64,000 bases of DNA from an uncultured archaeon (GTDB taxonomy: Archaea; Aenigmatarchaeota; Aenigmatarchaeia; CG10238-14; SCSR01). The position numbers were made by a program, and so were the translations under genes. Location: contig CAYJQI010000001.1 in NCBI GenBank assembly GCA_964372485.1, forward strand, positions 128,001-192,000. Direction: 5' to 3'. Position 1 is the first letter of the stretch. Each line of letters opens with the position of its first letter. Positions 1-9,059 of this stretch are shown here, piece after piece. The notes beneath the pieces are model-generated. The model saw only the letters and a program-made list of their open reading frames with translations. It made no database searches and was not told the origin of the DNA.

Positions 1-631
1 TTCCTTTCAATGGAACAAACACAACTGGTAATATTTCCTCTTTGATTATTTCTCCGGATTTAGATTTTGATACCTTAATGAGTTCCTGTCCATCTGAGGT
101 TTTCATAACCATCAACATGAATCCATTTGAGTTGAGTTGTTTTATTAATGGTCGCGGTATATCTCGTCCGGATGCACTTACAACAATTTTATCATATGGT
201 GCATATCTAGAATATCCTAAAGATCCGTCACCATGTTTCAAAACTACATCACCATATCCAGTATGTTCTAAATTTGCTTTACCAAAGTTGTATGTTGATT
301 TTTTGAATTCAATCCCAACTACAGTACCTTTTTCACCAACTATTTCTCTCATGTATGCAAGTAGTATTCCAGAACCTGAACCAACTTCTAAAACTCGATC
401 ACCTTCTTTTAGACTCAATTCCGATAAAATGATAGCATGCATATGTGGTGCGCTAATTGTTTGTCCACCAGGGATTGGTAGTGGTGTATCGTTATAAGAT
501 TGCCCGTAATATTCTTCTGGAACGAATAATTCCCGCGGAACATTTACCATTGCTCTTTTAACGGGAGGAGTTTTAATATGGCCGGAATTAAGAAGAGACC
601 GGATTAGATTTTTCCTACGTTCAAATGTCAT
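1..631 (-). CDS. pcm: protein-L-isoaspartate O-methyltransferase (partial; C-terminus lies off the window)
   Basis: Not in the ORF track because it runs off the 5' edge. My minus-strand translation from the ATG at 631 gives MTFERRKNLIRSLLNSGHIKTPPVKRAMVNVPRELFVPEEYYGQSYNDTPLPIPGGQTISAPHMHAIILSEL..GDRVLEVGSGSGILLAYM.., the PIMT pattern with SAM motif I. The + ORF 42..497 is its antisense shadow. Confidence 0.85.
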   Translation of the reverse strand, partial: MTFERRKNLIRSLLNSGHIKTPPVKRAMVNVPRELFVPEEYYGQSYNDTPLPIPGGQTISAPHMHAIILSELSLKEGDRVLEVGSGSGILLAYMREIVGEKGTVVGIEFKKSTYNFGKANLEHTGYGDVVLKHGDGSLGYSRYAPYDKIVVSASGRDIPRPLIKQLNSNGFMLMVMKTSDGQELIKVSKSKSGEIIKEEILPVVFVPLKG

Positions 632-670
632 GTATTATATTTGTTGAAAGAAAGAAAAAGGTGAGGAAAC

Positions 671-964
671 TCACTTGGTTATTGAAATGTTTATTGTGGA
701 CACGTTGATTTTCTGTCCGTTTTCAAGTTCTCTTTCCTCTGTTCCAATATCAATTCTAGAAACTCTAGCATCTTGGACAAATTTTCTTCTAACTATTTCA
801 GCAACGTCAACAGCCTTTGAAATTGACCGTCCTCGAGCTTTAACGAAGACTTCTTTCTGACCATTGGACAATTGCGTTACTACACCTAAGACATATGCCA
901 TAGATGGTTTTTGTCCGACGAATACTACGTTTTCTGGTAGTTTTTCTTGTGCTTGTTCAGCCAT
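671..964 (-). CDS. albA: Alba DNA/RNA-binding chromatin protein
   Basis: 97 aa; NVVFVGQKPSMAYVLGVVTQL..VFVKARGRSISKAVDVAEIVRRKF matches the conserved Alba core. Confidence 0.9.
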   Translation of the reverse strand: MAEQAQEKLPENVVFVGQKPSMAYVLGVVTQLSNGQKEVFVKARGRSISKAVDVAEIVRRKFVQDARVSRIDIGTEERELENGQKINVSTINISITK

Positions 965-1081
965 TGTTTTAACCTCCTTGTAATTGAGTTGTAATTGTTA
1001 TTGGAAGTTAGATTTTTAAAGATTCTATGTTTGAAAGTGATAATGATTTAAGTTTTACTGTCATCACATAAATAGATTAAC

Positions 1082-2074
1082 ATGCCAAGAAGTGAAGAAT
1101 TGTATGGACAACATTTGATAACACCTTTTAGAAGATTTATTTTAGGTACCACTACACCATATTTCGTCGTTCCAAGAAATACTTTAACTGGACAGTATTC
1201 ACTACACCCTTTCGGTATTTATTATTCTAATTCAGAATTGATTCCACATCCTTTCAAAGCTAGTGGTTATGTTGTTAATTTGGGTGATGTGCGTAGAGGA
1301 TTCAATATACCTAGACTTGCCTACAAAGATTCGATAGGAGAGGGGGAAGTGGAGATGTTCTTCCGTATATATGTTGATGACGTCTTGGGGATAGAAAATA
1401 GAGGAAATTTATCCCCAGAAGATGCAGCACATCAAAGATTCATGGCATATAGAAACAAACAATTAGCTAGAAATATAAGAGTGAGAGATCGGGTAATAAA
1501 TTTAATTACAAGATTCAGAGAAGTCAATGGTGAAACTGAAGCAGTGGAATTCTTAAGAGAAAAATTGGAGTTACTTATACGTGCTCGTGCAAATCAACTT
1601 GATTACGATCAAGCTGCAGTATATCTCAATCCATTAGTAAGTTTGGATATACCCAAGATTAACGATGGGTATTATATAAAAACAAATCCTCCTGATGTTT
1701 TATCTGAACAAGATTTTGGAAGTAAAAGTATTGAAGAGCAAAGAGCTTATACAAGGCATCATGGTTCAAGAGAAGATCTTTATTTAGAAATAACATCAGT
1801 TGCTGTTAATCCTAGATTAAATCAAGAAGGAGAAGCTGCAAGAAATAGACTTTTTCTAACTTTACAAAGCGCACTAGGTGAGCGTGTACAATTAGAGCAA
1901 AGGGGAGAAGGTCTAAAAAAACTTGCTGAAGGTGAGAAAGAATTATCAAGACAAAGAATACAAGCTCTCACAGAAGCCGGTCTATCACCAGAACAAATTG
2001 CACAAGTGGAAAAAATGCGGGCATTAGGAAATGATGATGACGTAATCTTCGCCGAAATTAGACCCTCACGATAA
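1082..2074 (+). CDS. hypothetical protein (orphan, charged alpha-helical C-terminal half)
   Basis: 330-aa ORF with no competing frame. No motif I recognise. Confidence 0.5.
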   Translation: MPRSEELYGQHLITPFRRFILGTTTPYFVVPRNTLTGQYSLHPFGIYYSNSELIPHPFKASGYVVNLGDVRRGFNIPRLAYKDSIGEGEVEMFFRIYVDDVLGIENRGNLSPEDAAHQRFMAYRNKQLARNIRVRDRVINLITRFREVNGETEAVEFLREKLELLIRARANQLDYDQAAVYLNPLVSLDIPKINDGYYIKTNPPDVLSEQDFGSKSIEEQRAYTRHHGSREDLYLEITSVAVNPRLNQEGEAARNRLFLTLQSALGERVQLEQRGEGLKKLAEGEKELSRQRIQALTEAGLSPEQIAQVEKMRALGNDDDVIFAEIRPSR

Positions 2075-2123
2075 ATTTCTGAAAGTTACTTATTGAAGAA
2101 AATCGAATCTAAAATAAGATATA

Positions 2124-4718
2124 ATGCCCCAATGTAGATTATGTGGACGAGATTATGAAAGTGCTAAATCTCATAGAGACTTACTTCATCCGGACAGAGA
2201 TGTTGTAGAAATTAGTGGTGAACCTCAGGAAATTGTTGCAAGAGTACCTGGTGGATTTGGTGGTAAACTACCTACTATAACACAACCCCCACCACAAAGA
2301 GAACCTGATCTTGGAAAGATTAGAGGTGTAATTAAAGACAAAACTACTAAGAAAGCATTAGAAGATCCAGCAAGTGTATCTGCAATATCACCACTTTTAG
2401 GGAATCCGCTTACTGTACCTACGGATAAAGATTCAATTTATGAAATTGATGTACCAGCTAAAGAGGGTGGAATTTCATATACTGTAATCGCATCAGCAAC
2501 AGGGTATAAACAACCCAGAGCACAAAGAATTGTTGTTCAACCTGGTCAAACTGTTTCTCTTGATTTTGAATTAGAACCTGAAAAAACGAAACTAGGTGAA
2601 AATGTAAAGAAACATGCTCCTATTCTCAGTGGCAATCTACCTGGTCTTAATCCACGAACGTGGTTAAGAATTTTAAATTTCGAATGGTTTACGAAAAATT
2701 TGATAAGAATTGCATTGGCCTTAGGATTGACATTGCTCATATATTTTGCGATTTATAGGCCTATTTTCAGTGCAGCAGGTCAAAACCTTGGATTTGTAAA
2801 CTGGATGATACCAGTTTTGCTTTTTTTCATTCTGTTCTTTACTCTTCCGAAATCCACTGATACTACGAATTTAGCACCCTTTATATTAGCAAGCGGATTT
2901 GCGATTGGAACATGGATAGCGCTTACATTTTTCACGAAGGGAGTAGGTAGAGCTAGTTTCATACAGTGGGGAATACCGATGGCTGTTTATCTGATAACGT
3001 ATTTTACAGCAAAAAAAGAACATGGTACAAGAACTGTTTTAATTGCAATACTTCCACTCCTTTTATTGATTGGGGGAATATTGTTGTTTGTTAATCTATT
3101 TACTAATGGATCATTAACCAATATGGAAACGTATCTCAAACCTATAGATGGTCTGAGATTATTTGGAGTACCTCAAGATAACATAGACGATATAAAAGAT
3201 GGAATACGTCAAATGTTGAGTTGGTTAGGGTTTATTGGAAGTAAACCTTCTACACCTATAGCAGAAAAAATTGGCGGATTTGAAGCCATACAATTAAAAT
3301 TCGGTAGTAAATTCAATGATTTCACATTACCTACATTATTTGCAAGATTAGATTACACACTTCCTGTAACCGTTATCAATCCGAACAAGTTTGACACCAA
3401 ATTAGTTGTAAGAGATTTTACACTTGACGATATTTTCTTGTTGAATAAAAGTACTGAAAGGATATTGTGTGGGTCTGCACCGAGTGAAACCACTCCAAAT
3501 GTTCAAACGGGAATTATAAATCTGCGAGATATAAATCCCGAAGAGGAAAAAATCATTACAATTGATTTCAAGGGTAAAAGTACTAATGGTATATCAGATA
3601 CTATAACTGATTGTAGAAATGTTTTGAATTACAAAAACAGACCTCCTAATTCAATGTTCCCAGCCACAGTTTTGATACCGATGAGTGAAAGCGACTCTAT
3701 AAAATGTAAAGATACAAATGAAGGCGCATGTATTGAAGTACTTGATAAATTCTATATAGACTTTGGTATAACTTCGCAAGCGACTTCAACTGATGTCGAA
3801 GCTAGATATCTCAATAATCAAGGTGCATGCGAGTGTAAAGTTAATCGATATCATAATATTCTAGATAATCTTTGTTTCTTTAGCAACGATAATGCAGAGG
3901 TAACAGTAACATCGAACTATAGTTTTGTTGTGCAGGGAACAGGAGAATTAATTCTAGTTAGAACGGAATCTGATATAAAGAATGCACCAGACCCTAAGAT
4001 CACAAGTAGTGCAGGGCCATTAACAATTACAACATATTTTGTTTCAGATGCTCATGTCCCTCAACCTCCGAGCGCACCAAAAACTAGAACGATATTTATA
4101 CAGGTGAATAATGATGGTGAAGGAACTGCTAGAATATCATCATTAAAAATAAACAATGATCAACCGTTTGATGGGATAACAGTTTCAAACTGTTCACCTA
4201 ATCCCAACAACATAATTATCAGAGAACAAGCAACAACAATTACATGTGGAGTTAATATTCCTAGTTCAGTTGAATTAACAGGACCGTACAAAACTATACC
4301 AATAATTGTAGATGTTAATTACACATATTCACAGGCTCATAAAACAACAATAAAGGTGAATAAGGAATTTATATCTGATAGTGTAAATGATCAACAAAGT
4401 CAAGAACTTGATGAGGCATTTAAGGGATTACCATATTATTGTCCGGGGCCAAGATCTTCATTAGGTGCGTTAAAAATTTATGATCCATCAAATGTAATTG
4501 TATCATCTCAATACACTAACTGTAAAGATAAAATTGATAAAGGATTGGGAAAATGTGGCAATGCCGAAGGTGGATGTACAGATACTGATGAATGTAATAC
4601 AAATGCAGTTAGTGGAACTGGTACAAAATTATCATGTAGAGATGTTGGAGCAGAAGTAAAAGTATGTTGTTGGAGTGACTCGACTAACCAAGATTGTAAG
4701 AATGCTTTTGAAAATTAG
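2124..4718 (+). CDS. large polytopic membrane protein with a C2H2-like N-terminus, a CarboxypepD_reg-like beta domain and a Cys-rich extracellular C-terminal region
   Basis: 864 aa. N-terminus is CRLCGRDYESAKSHRDLLH (CxxC..H..H). 'YTVIASATGYKQPRAQRIVVQPGQTVSLDFELEP' resembles a carboxypeptidase-regulatory-like fold. About 6 hydrophobic helices lie between aa 190 and 330, and the last ~100 aa contain many Cys. Confidence 0.6.
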   Translation: MPQCRLCGRDYESAKSHRDLLHPDRDVVEISGEPQEIVARVPGGFGGKLPTITQPPPQREPDLGKIRGVIKDKTTKKALEDPASVSAISPLLGNPLTVPTDKDSIYEIDVPAKEGGISYTVIASATGYKQPRAQRIVVQPGQTVSLDFELEPEKTKLGENVKKHAPILSGNLPGLNPRTWLRILNFEWFTKNLIRIALALGLTLLIYFAIYRPIFSAAGQNLGFVNWMIPVLLFFILFFTLPKSTDTTNLAPFILASGFAIGTWIALTFFTKGVGRASFIQWGIPMAVYLITYFTAKKEHGTRTVLIAILPLLLLIGGILLFVNLFTNGSLTNMETYLKPIDGLRLFGVPQDNIDDIKDGIRQMLSWLGFIGSKPSTPIAEKIGGFEAIQLKFGSKFNDFTLPTLFARLDYTLPVTVINPNKFDTKLVVRDFTLDDIFLLNKSTERILCGSAPSETTPNVQTGIINLRDINPEEEKIITIDFKGKSTNGISDTITDCRNVLNYKNRPPNSMFPATVLIPMSESDSIKCKDTNEGACIEVLDKFYIDFGITSQATSTDVEARYLNNQGACECKVNRYHNILDNLCFFSNDNAEVTVTSNYSFVVQGTGELILVRTESDIKNAPDPKITSSAGPLTITTYFVSDAHVPQPPSAPKTRTIFIQVNNDGEGTARISSLKINNDQPFDGITVSNCSPNPNNIIIREQATTITCGVNIPSSVELTGPYKTIPIIVDVNYTYSQAHKTTIKVNKEFISDSVNDQQSQELDEAFKGLPYYCPGPRSSLGALKIYDPSNVIVSSQYTNCKDKIDKGLGKCGNAEGGCTDTDECNTNAVSGTGTKLSCRDVGAEVKVCCWSDSTNQDCKNAFEN

Positions 4719-4727
4719 ATCTTACCA

Positions 4728-5369
4728 TTATTGTTCAGGTACAATAGTAAGTTGTTTCCTAACTGGAAATCTTTCAACAACATCTGCATCTATACCATCG
4801 AAGAAAATCACATGATCTTTATCTGCTACCACTCTCCATACATTATCTTCTAATGTTCCAACCACTGAATAATCATCAGCGCTACGAGGTCCTACTGGAG
4901 ATGGATATTGATTTATTCTATTTACAGGTTGTTTCAAAACTACAGCAGAATGTTTATACAAGTTTTCTTTTACTGCGTCGACTTCATTAGCTGTTAAAAA
5001 TGGTATTGTTATTTCCATTCTTGCTTCTTCACAATCATCTCTATATTTACGTAGAGTATCTTCACGATTTTCTCCTAGTTTAGGCAATCTTTGATCGCAT
5101 TTTGGAATATTCTTAACTGAATAAGTATTGAAGATTATACTTCCTGTAACAGGATCAAGAGTTATAAGATTCAATCCTTTGTCAAGAAGTGCACGATCAA
5201 TTACTAAAGGTCTACCAAAAGTTATAGCTTCTGGAGTTCTTTCATTGCCTACGGCATAAGGTAAATTTTTGATTGTACCTGGAATTTGATATACACCATA
5301 CAGTGCAGCTCCTCCTAAAACAGTACCAAGTATTACATTTCTTACACTTCTCAATGTTGGCATTTGCAT
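4728..5369 (-). CDS. membrane-anchored hypothetical protein, last gene of the pilus-like operon
   Basis: 213 aa with one N-terminal hydrophobic helix (VILGTVLGGAALYGVY). Same strand as the upstream pilin-like genes, 53 nt downstream of them. Confidence 0.5.
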   Translation of the reverse strand: MQMPTLRSVRNVILGTVLGGAALYGVYQIPGTIKNLPYAVGNERTPEAITFGRPLVIDRALLDKGLNLITLDPVTGSIIFNTYSVKNIPKCDQRLPKLGENREDTLRKYRDDCEEARMEITIPFLTANEVDAVKENLYKHSAVVLKQPVNRINQYPSPVGPRSADDYSVVGTLEDNVWRVVADKDHVIFFDGIDADVVERFPVRKQLTIVPEQ

Positions 5370-5422
5370 ACTAATAGGAGGGCAGTAAACTATTTAAGCT
5401 TTTTGTCATTTATAAGTGGTAA

Positions 5423-7114
5423 CTAATTCTTGGAAAGAATGTAAAATTTAAGTTGTAAATTCTTGAGATCATCTTGATTTTCTATGTAATCGTAAATAGG
5501 ATATTTTTCGTTGCTTTTAACATTTACAAGAGTTGCAACATCTGCCTTATACTCATATTGACATTGCTTAGTGTAAAGATTCTCTCGTAAAGTACATTCT
5601 GGTACAGATTTCAAACTGGAGTAACATCTACCTGTATTTTGGAATTCTTCTGTACCTGATGGGCATTGTTTATCTTCGTATTTAACACATACATCATTTC
5701 CTATATCGAAATCGTATCCATTTGGACAGTTTGGAGAAGCTTTGTATATGTTAACATTTCCATTCTCAATTTCACAATTGTGTGAAGAATCTATCTCATA
5801 CACATTAGACGATGGGCATCCTATTTCACGCGGACATCCTTGATCATAGTAACATGAATTAGTTAATGTATCGTATACAGCAGATGAACAGCTAGAACCA
5901 GTAGATGGGCAAATAGGAGATGCTTTGACGACACATCTACCATTTTCTTCACTTCCTTCCAAACATAACTTGTCTGTATATTGTTCACAAAGTTCTGTTG
6001 AACCACTTCCTGTTATTATAGATGTGCAAGGAACACATATGTCATTTTGATTAGCTATTCTACCATTCAATTCGACTGTTCTTTGCGAATCACCTAATTT
6101 AACAGGATGGGATCCAATACATTTTTGTTCTATGCACCCACATTCTAAGCTACTTATTGAACTTTGCACTAAACAGGTATCTTCATTTTCAAATTCTATG
6201 TTGGTTTTGATATTGGATAGGGTAACATCTGTAGATAATTCGACTAATGAATCAACAAAATTAATTGTTTCGATATTGTTTGTTAATTTTGAAATGAATT
6301 CTGTTTTACAAGTTTCAGGAAACATCTCTCTTTTTGTGGGGTAAGTAAATTTGGAATTAGGACTATAACATCCATCGTAACGAATCATTTCACAATTTCC
6401 TGAAAGGTTATCATTATTTAATTTAGTTTTAACATCTACCATTCTCATTTGAGAAGCAGATAAAACTATTTTATCATCTATAGGATCATCAGTTCCTAGG
6501 AAAATTTCTTTTGCATTATCAATTAAACTATTTACAATAACTGATACTGTTTTCTCGATAGATGCATCTGTAGAAATTTCTAGATTAGTATTCTGAAATT
6601 TTATTTTATTATTAGTAACATCAGATGTAAAAACTGCAAAAATTTTATTTTTGTTTATCGTGAGGAATGGAACTGAAAATTCAGGCACTTCTAATTGCGG
6701 ATAAAGGTCTCTCATTGATTTAACATATTCAAAGAATAAAAGTGGTAATTTTTGTTGAAGTTTCAGCTGAATTAGATCTATTTGATTCTCGATACATATT
6801 TCATCATAAACTCTCCAATATGGAAGATCAGTTGGAAAATCTACAAGTTGATCTGAATCACAATTTCCTTCATAGTTTTCTACATAACTTCCTGTTTTTA
6901 GTACATCATAAATTCCATGATAGATTGAAAATAATGCGGCAATTGAAAATGTATTTTTAATGGAATTTATTTGATTCATAGATTCGATTATATTTCTTTC
7001 ATTAACACCTTTGGAAATGGATTGAACCTGATAAGCAAAATTAAATGATATTACACCTATCACAACTACGGTGCTAACAGCTGCAATAACTGCAATGTTT
7101 ATAGCTGCCTTCAT
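5423..7114 (-). CDS. large pilin-like / adhesin-like secreted protein, Cys-rich
   Basis: 563 aa. N-terminus MKAAINIAVIAAVSTVVVIGVISF is class III signal-like. The C-terminal ~330 aa are very Cys-rich (e.g. CPSTGSSCSS..CYYDQGCPREIGCPSS). 4-nt ATGA overlap with the upstream gene. Confidence 0.6.
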   Translation of the reverse strand: MKAAINIAVIAAVSTVVVIGVISFNFAYQVQSISKGVNERNIIESMNQINSIKNTFSIAALFSIYHGIYDVLKTGSYVENYEGNCDSDQLVDFPTDLPYWRVYDEICIENQIDLIQLKLQQKLPLLFFEYVKSMRDLYPQLEVPEFSVPFLTINKNKIFAVFTSDVTNNKIKFQNTNLEISTDASIEKTVSVIVNSLIDNAKEIFLGTDDPIDDKIVLSASQMRMVDVKTKLNNDNLSGNCEMIRYDGCYSPNSKFTYPTKREMFPETCKTEFISKLTNNIETINFVDSLVELSTDVTLSNIKTNIEFENEDTCLVQSSISSLECGCIEQKCIGSHPVKLGDSQRTVELNGRIANQNDICVPCTSIITGSGSTELCEQYTDKLCLEGSEENGRCVVKASPICPSTGSSCSSAVYDTLTNSCYYDQGCPREIGCPSSNVYEIDSSHNCEIENGNVNIYKASPNCPNGYDFDIGNDVCVKYEDKQCPSGTEEFQNTGRCYSSLKSVPECTLRENLYTKQCQYEYKADVATLVNVKSNEKYPIYDYIENQDDLKNLQLKFYILSKN

Positions 7115-7539
7115 CCTGTTTCAATCCTCACAAGTTTTATTTGAGATGATGAATCTGGATTGTAAGGTAATGCGATAGAGGTTGTAAAAATATACTTCTT
7201 TTCACATTGGCCATTTTCTGCTATTGTTTCATATGAATCTGGTAATCCTATTTTCAAAGAATAACAATCGGATATTTTATCTAATTCGATTTTTATAAAA
7301 CTGAGATCTACACTATCATATTCACTCTCTGATATTATTTGAGAAACTGTTTTGCCATTGTGAGTAGAAGATAACAATGAAAATAGTGTATACTGTGCAT
7401 TTTCATATTCGTATGTAAGTGATAGTTCACTATCAAGAACTGTTTTAACTATTGAAGGAGGTAATATTCCAAATGCAACTATTGTTGCCGTTGCTATCAA
7501 ACCGATAACTGGTATATCTGCAATTGTTTGTCCTTTCAT
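7111..7539 (-). CDS. pilin-like protein (class III signal peptide)
   Basis: 142 aa starting MKGQTIADIPVIGLIATATIVAFGIL. 4-nt overlaps on both sides. Confidence 0.55.
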   Translation of the reverse strand: MKGQTIADIPVIGLIATATIVAFGILPPSIVKTVLDSELSLTYEYENAQYTLFSLLSSTHNGKTVSQIISESEYDSVDLSFIKIELDKISDCYSLKIGLPDSYETIAENGQCEKKYIFTTSIALPYNPDSSSQIKLVRIETG

Positions 7540-8084
7540 TCAATCACTGTAACTTTTAACATGGCGATATGAACACTCCCATCTGGGTATCGTATGTTTA
7601 CAGGAAAACTATTTCTATCGAATATTGATGTAAACCTTTTAGAACATGCTTCGTATGACTGATCCGTTTGCACGAGCATACAACTTACAAAATCTTTTAC
7701 TCTCTGACTACTATCATTTTTCAGATAGAAACTGTAAGTAGGTGCGATGATACTTTTGTCTTCAATTGTAACCAAAGCAATTGTATCGGGATAGTGAACA
7801 CCAACTTTGGATGTATCAGAATTCACACCACTAGATATTGAATCTAATTTTGTTTTATCAAAAATTCCAATTTCATGTAAACCATCATTTGAATATAATA
7901 AATTTTCATTTCGCATTAGAGAGTTGGCTAGAATTATTGCTTTATTTTCCAATTCAATAGCGTCGATATGCGGAGTGACTTTTATTGCATTTGCAGGTAT
8001 CATTGTTGGCAAAACGATTCCAGCTAATACACCTGTCATCAATAGAGAAAATAATCCGACAACAGATTCTTGACCTTTTTTCAT
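7536..8084 (-). CDS. pilin-like protein (class III signal peptide)
   Basis: 182 aa starting MKKGQESVVGLFSLLMTGVLAGIVL. Abuts the upstream gene with no spacer. Confidence 0.55.
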   Translation of the reverse strand: MKKGQESVVGLFSLLMTGVLAGIVLPTMIPANAIKVTPHIDAIELENKAIILANSLMRNENLLYSNDGLHEIGIFDKTKLDSISSGVNSDTSKVGVHYPDTIALVTIEDKSIIAPTYSFYLKNDSSQRVKDFVSCMLVQTDQSYEACSKRFTSIFDRNSFPVNIRYPDGSVHIAMLKVTVIE

Positions 8085-8450
8085 TTACTCGACCTTTTCT
8101 ATGGAAGATTTAGATATCAATATGGAACTAACTGCATCAGGGCCAAAGTTAATTAATGAAGTTGTTTTTGATATGGCCCATTCTTCTTCTGTACTGACAT
8201 TTACATAACCACCACTTGCAGAAAGTTTGTAATTGACTTCTTCTGGAAATCTATAACTAATCTTAACATCATCTGAGTTAGCAATACTCATCAAATCTGC
8301 TACTTCTGCAGCCTTTTCTATGACTGAAGTTTTGGAAAGAACTAATTGTATATCTTCTATCATTCCTGGAATTCTAGATACAGTTAAAGCCCCAATAACA
8401 GCAAAACCTATTATTGTAATTGTACTTGTAACTGCACTACCTTTGAGCAT
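8085..8450 (-). CDS. pilin-like protein (class III signal peptide)
   Basis: 121 aa starting MLKGSAVTSTITIIGFAVIGALTV. Confidence 0.55.
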   Translation of the reverse strand: MLKGSAVTSTITIIGFAVIGALTVSRIPGMIEDIQLVLSKTSVIEKAAEVADLMSIANSDDVKISYRFPEEVNYKLSASGGYVNVSTEEEWAISKTTSLINFGPDAVSSILISKSSIEKVE

Positions 8451-8473
8451 AATAATAGTTTGTTTCCGTTAAA

Positions 8474-8758
8474 TTAATTGCGACATTTAGAACTTATGAA
8501 TCCTTGTTCGCAACAAGAATCGATACTGTCGGGTTTGAAAATTTTGTATTCAGTACATCCATCATTCCATTCAGAAGAAGGTCGTGTACCACTATTCAAT
8601 GCACTACAATAACTGATGAGACTTGCTTTACAAGAAGCTTGACTTGTTGTAAACTTTGTTGTATCTATCCAACCCCAGAAAATAGCGATTATGAAAAATA
8701 GAGAAATAGCGATCACACCTATAAGAAAAACGGCATGGACTGCAATTCCCTTTAACAT
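8474..8758 (-). CDS. small Cys-rich pilin-like protein
   Basis: 94 aa starting MLKGIAVHAVFLIGVIAISLFFIIAIF. Six Cys, including the C-x6-Y-C motif (SCKASLISYC) shared with three other small pilins in the operon. Confidence 0.55.
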   Translation of the reverse strand: MLKGIAVHAVFLIGVIAISLFFIIAIFWGWIDTTKFTTSQASCKASLISYCSALNSGTRPSSEWNDGCTEYKIFKPDSIDSCCEQGFISSKCRN

Positions 8759-8781
8759 AGTATAGAATTAAAAATTACAGT

Positions 8782-9021
8782 CTATAAGCTTTTACAGATT
8801 TCATCAGTTACAAGATCACATCCTTCTGGATAGGAAGCTGGTTTCGCTGGTTGTGTACTTGTATATGGTGATCCCCATTGATCACACCACGCTTCTTGAG
8901 CAGCTTTACATTCTGCCTCTGGAATTCTTCCACCGGCAACAAATAACCAATATCCGATCAAACCGATAACAGCAACACCAAGAAGAATTGCTATAATATA
9001 AGGAACTGCTACACCTTTCAT
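8782..9021 (-). CDS. small Cys-rich pilin-like protein (MKGVA.PY family)
   Basis: 79 aa. MKGVAVPYIIAILLGVAVIGLIGYWL is nearly identical to the N-termini of 13135..13428 and 13425..13787. Contains ECKAAQEAWC (C-x6-W-C). Confidence 0.6.
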   Translation of the reverse strand: MKGVAVPYIIAILLGVAVIGLIGYWLFVAGGRIPEAECKAAQEAWCDQWGSPYTSTQPAKPASYPEGCDLVTDEICKSL

Positions 9022-9059
9022 AGAAATAATTTGATTTGGACAGTATTTAAATATTACAA

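Noticed and set aside
42-497. 151-aa + strand ORF at the left edge
   Set aside because: It lies antisense to a convincing protein-L-isoaspartate methyltransferase reading frame (minus strand, 1..631). Its own sequence is low-complexity with no motif.
675-860. 61-aa + strand ORF
   Set aside because: Antisense shadow of the albA gene.
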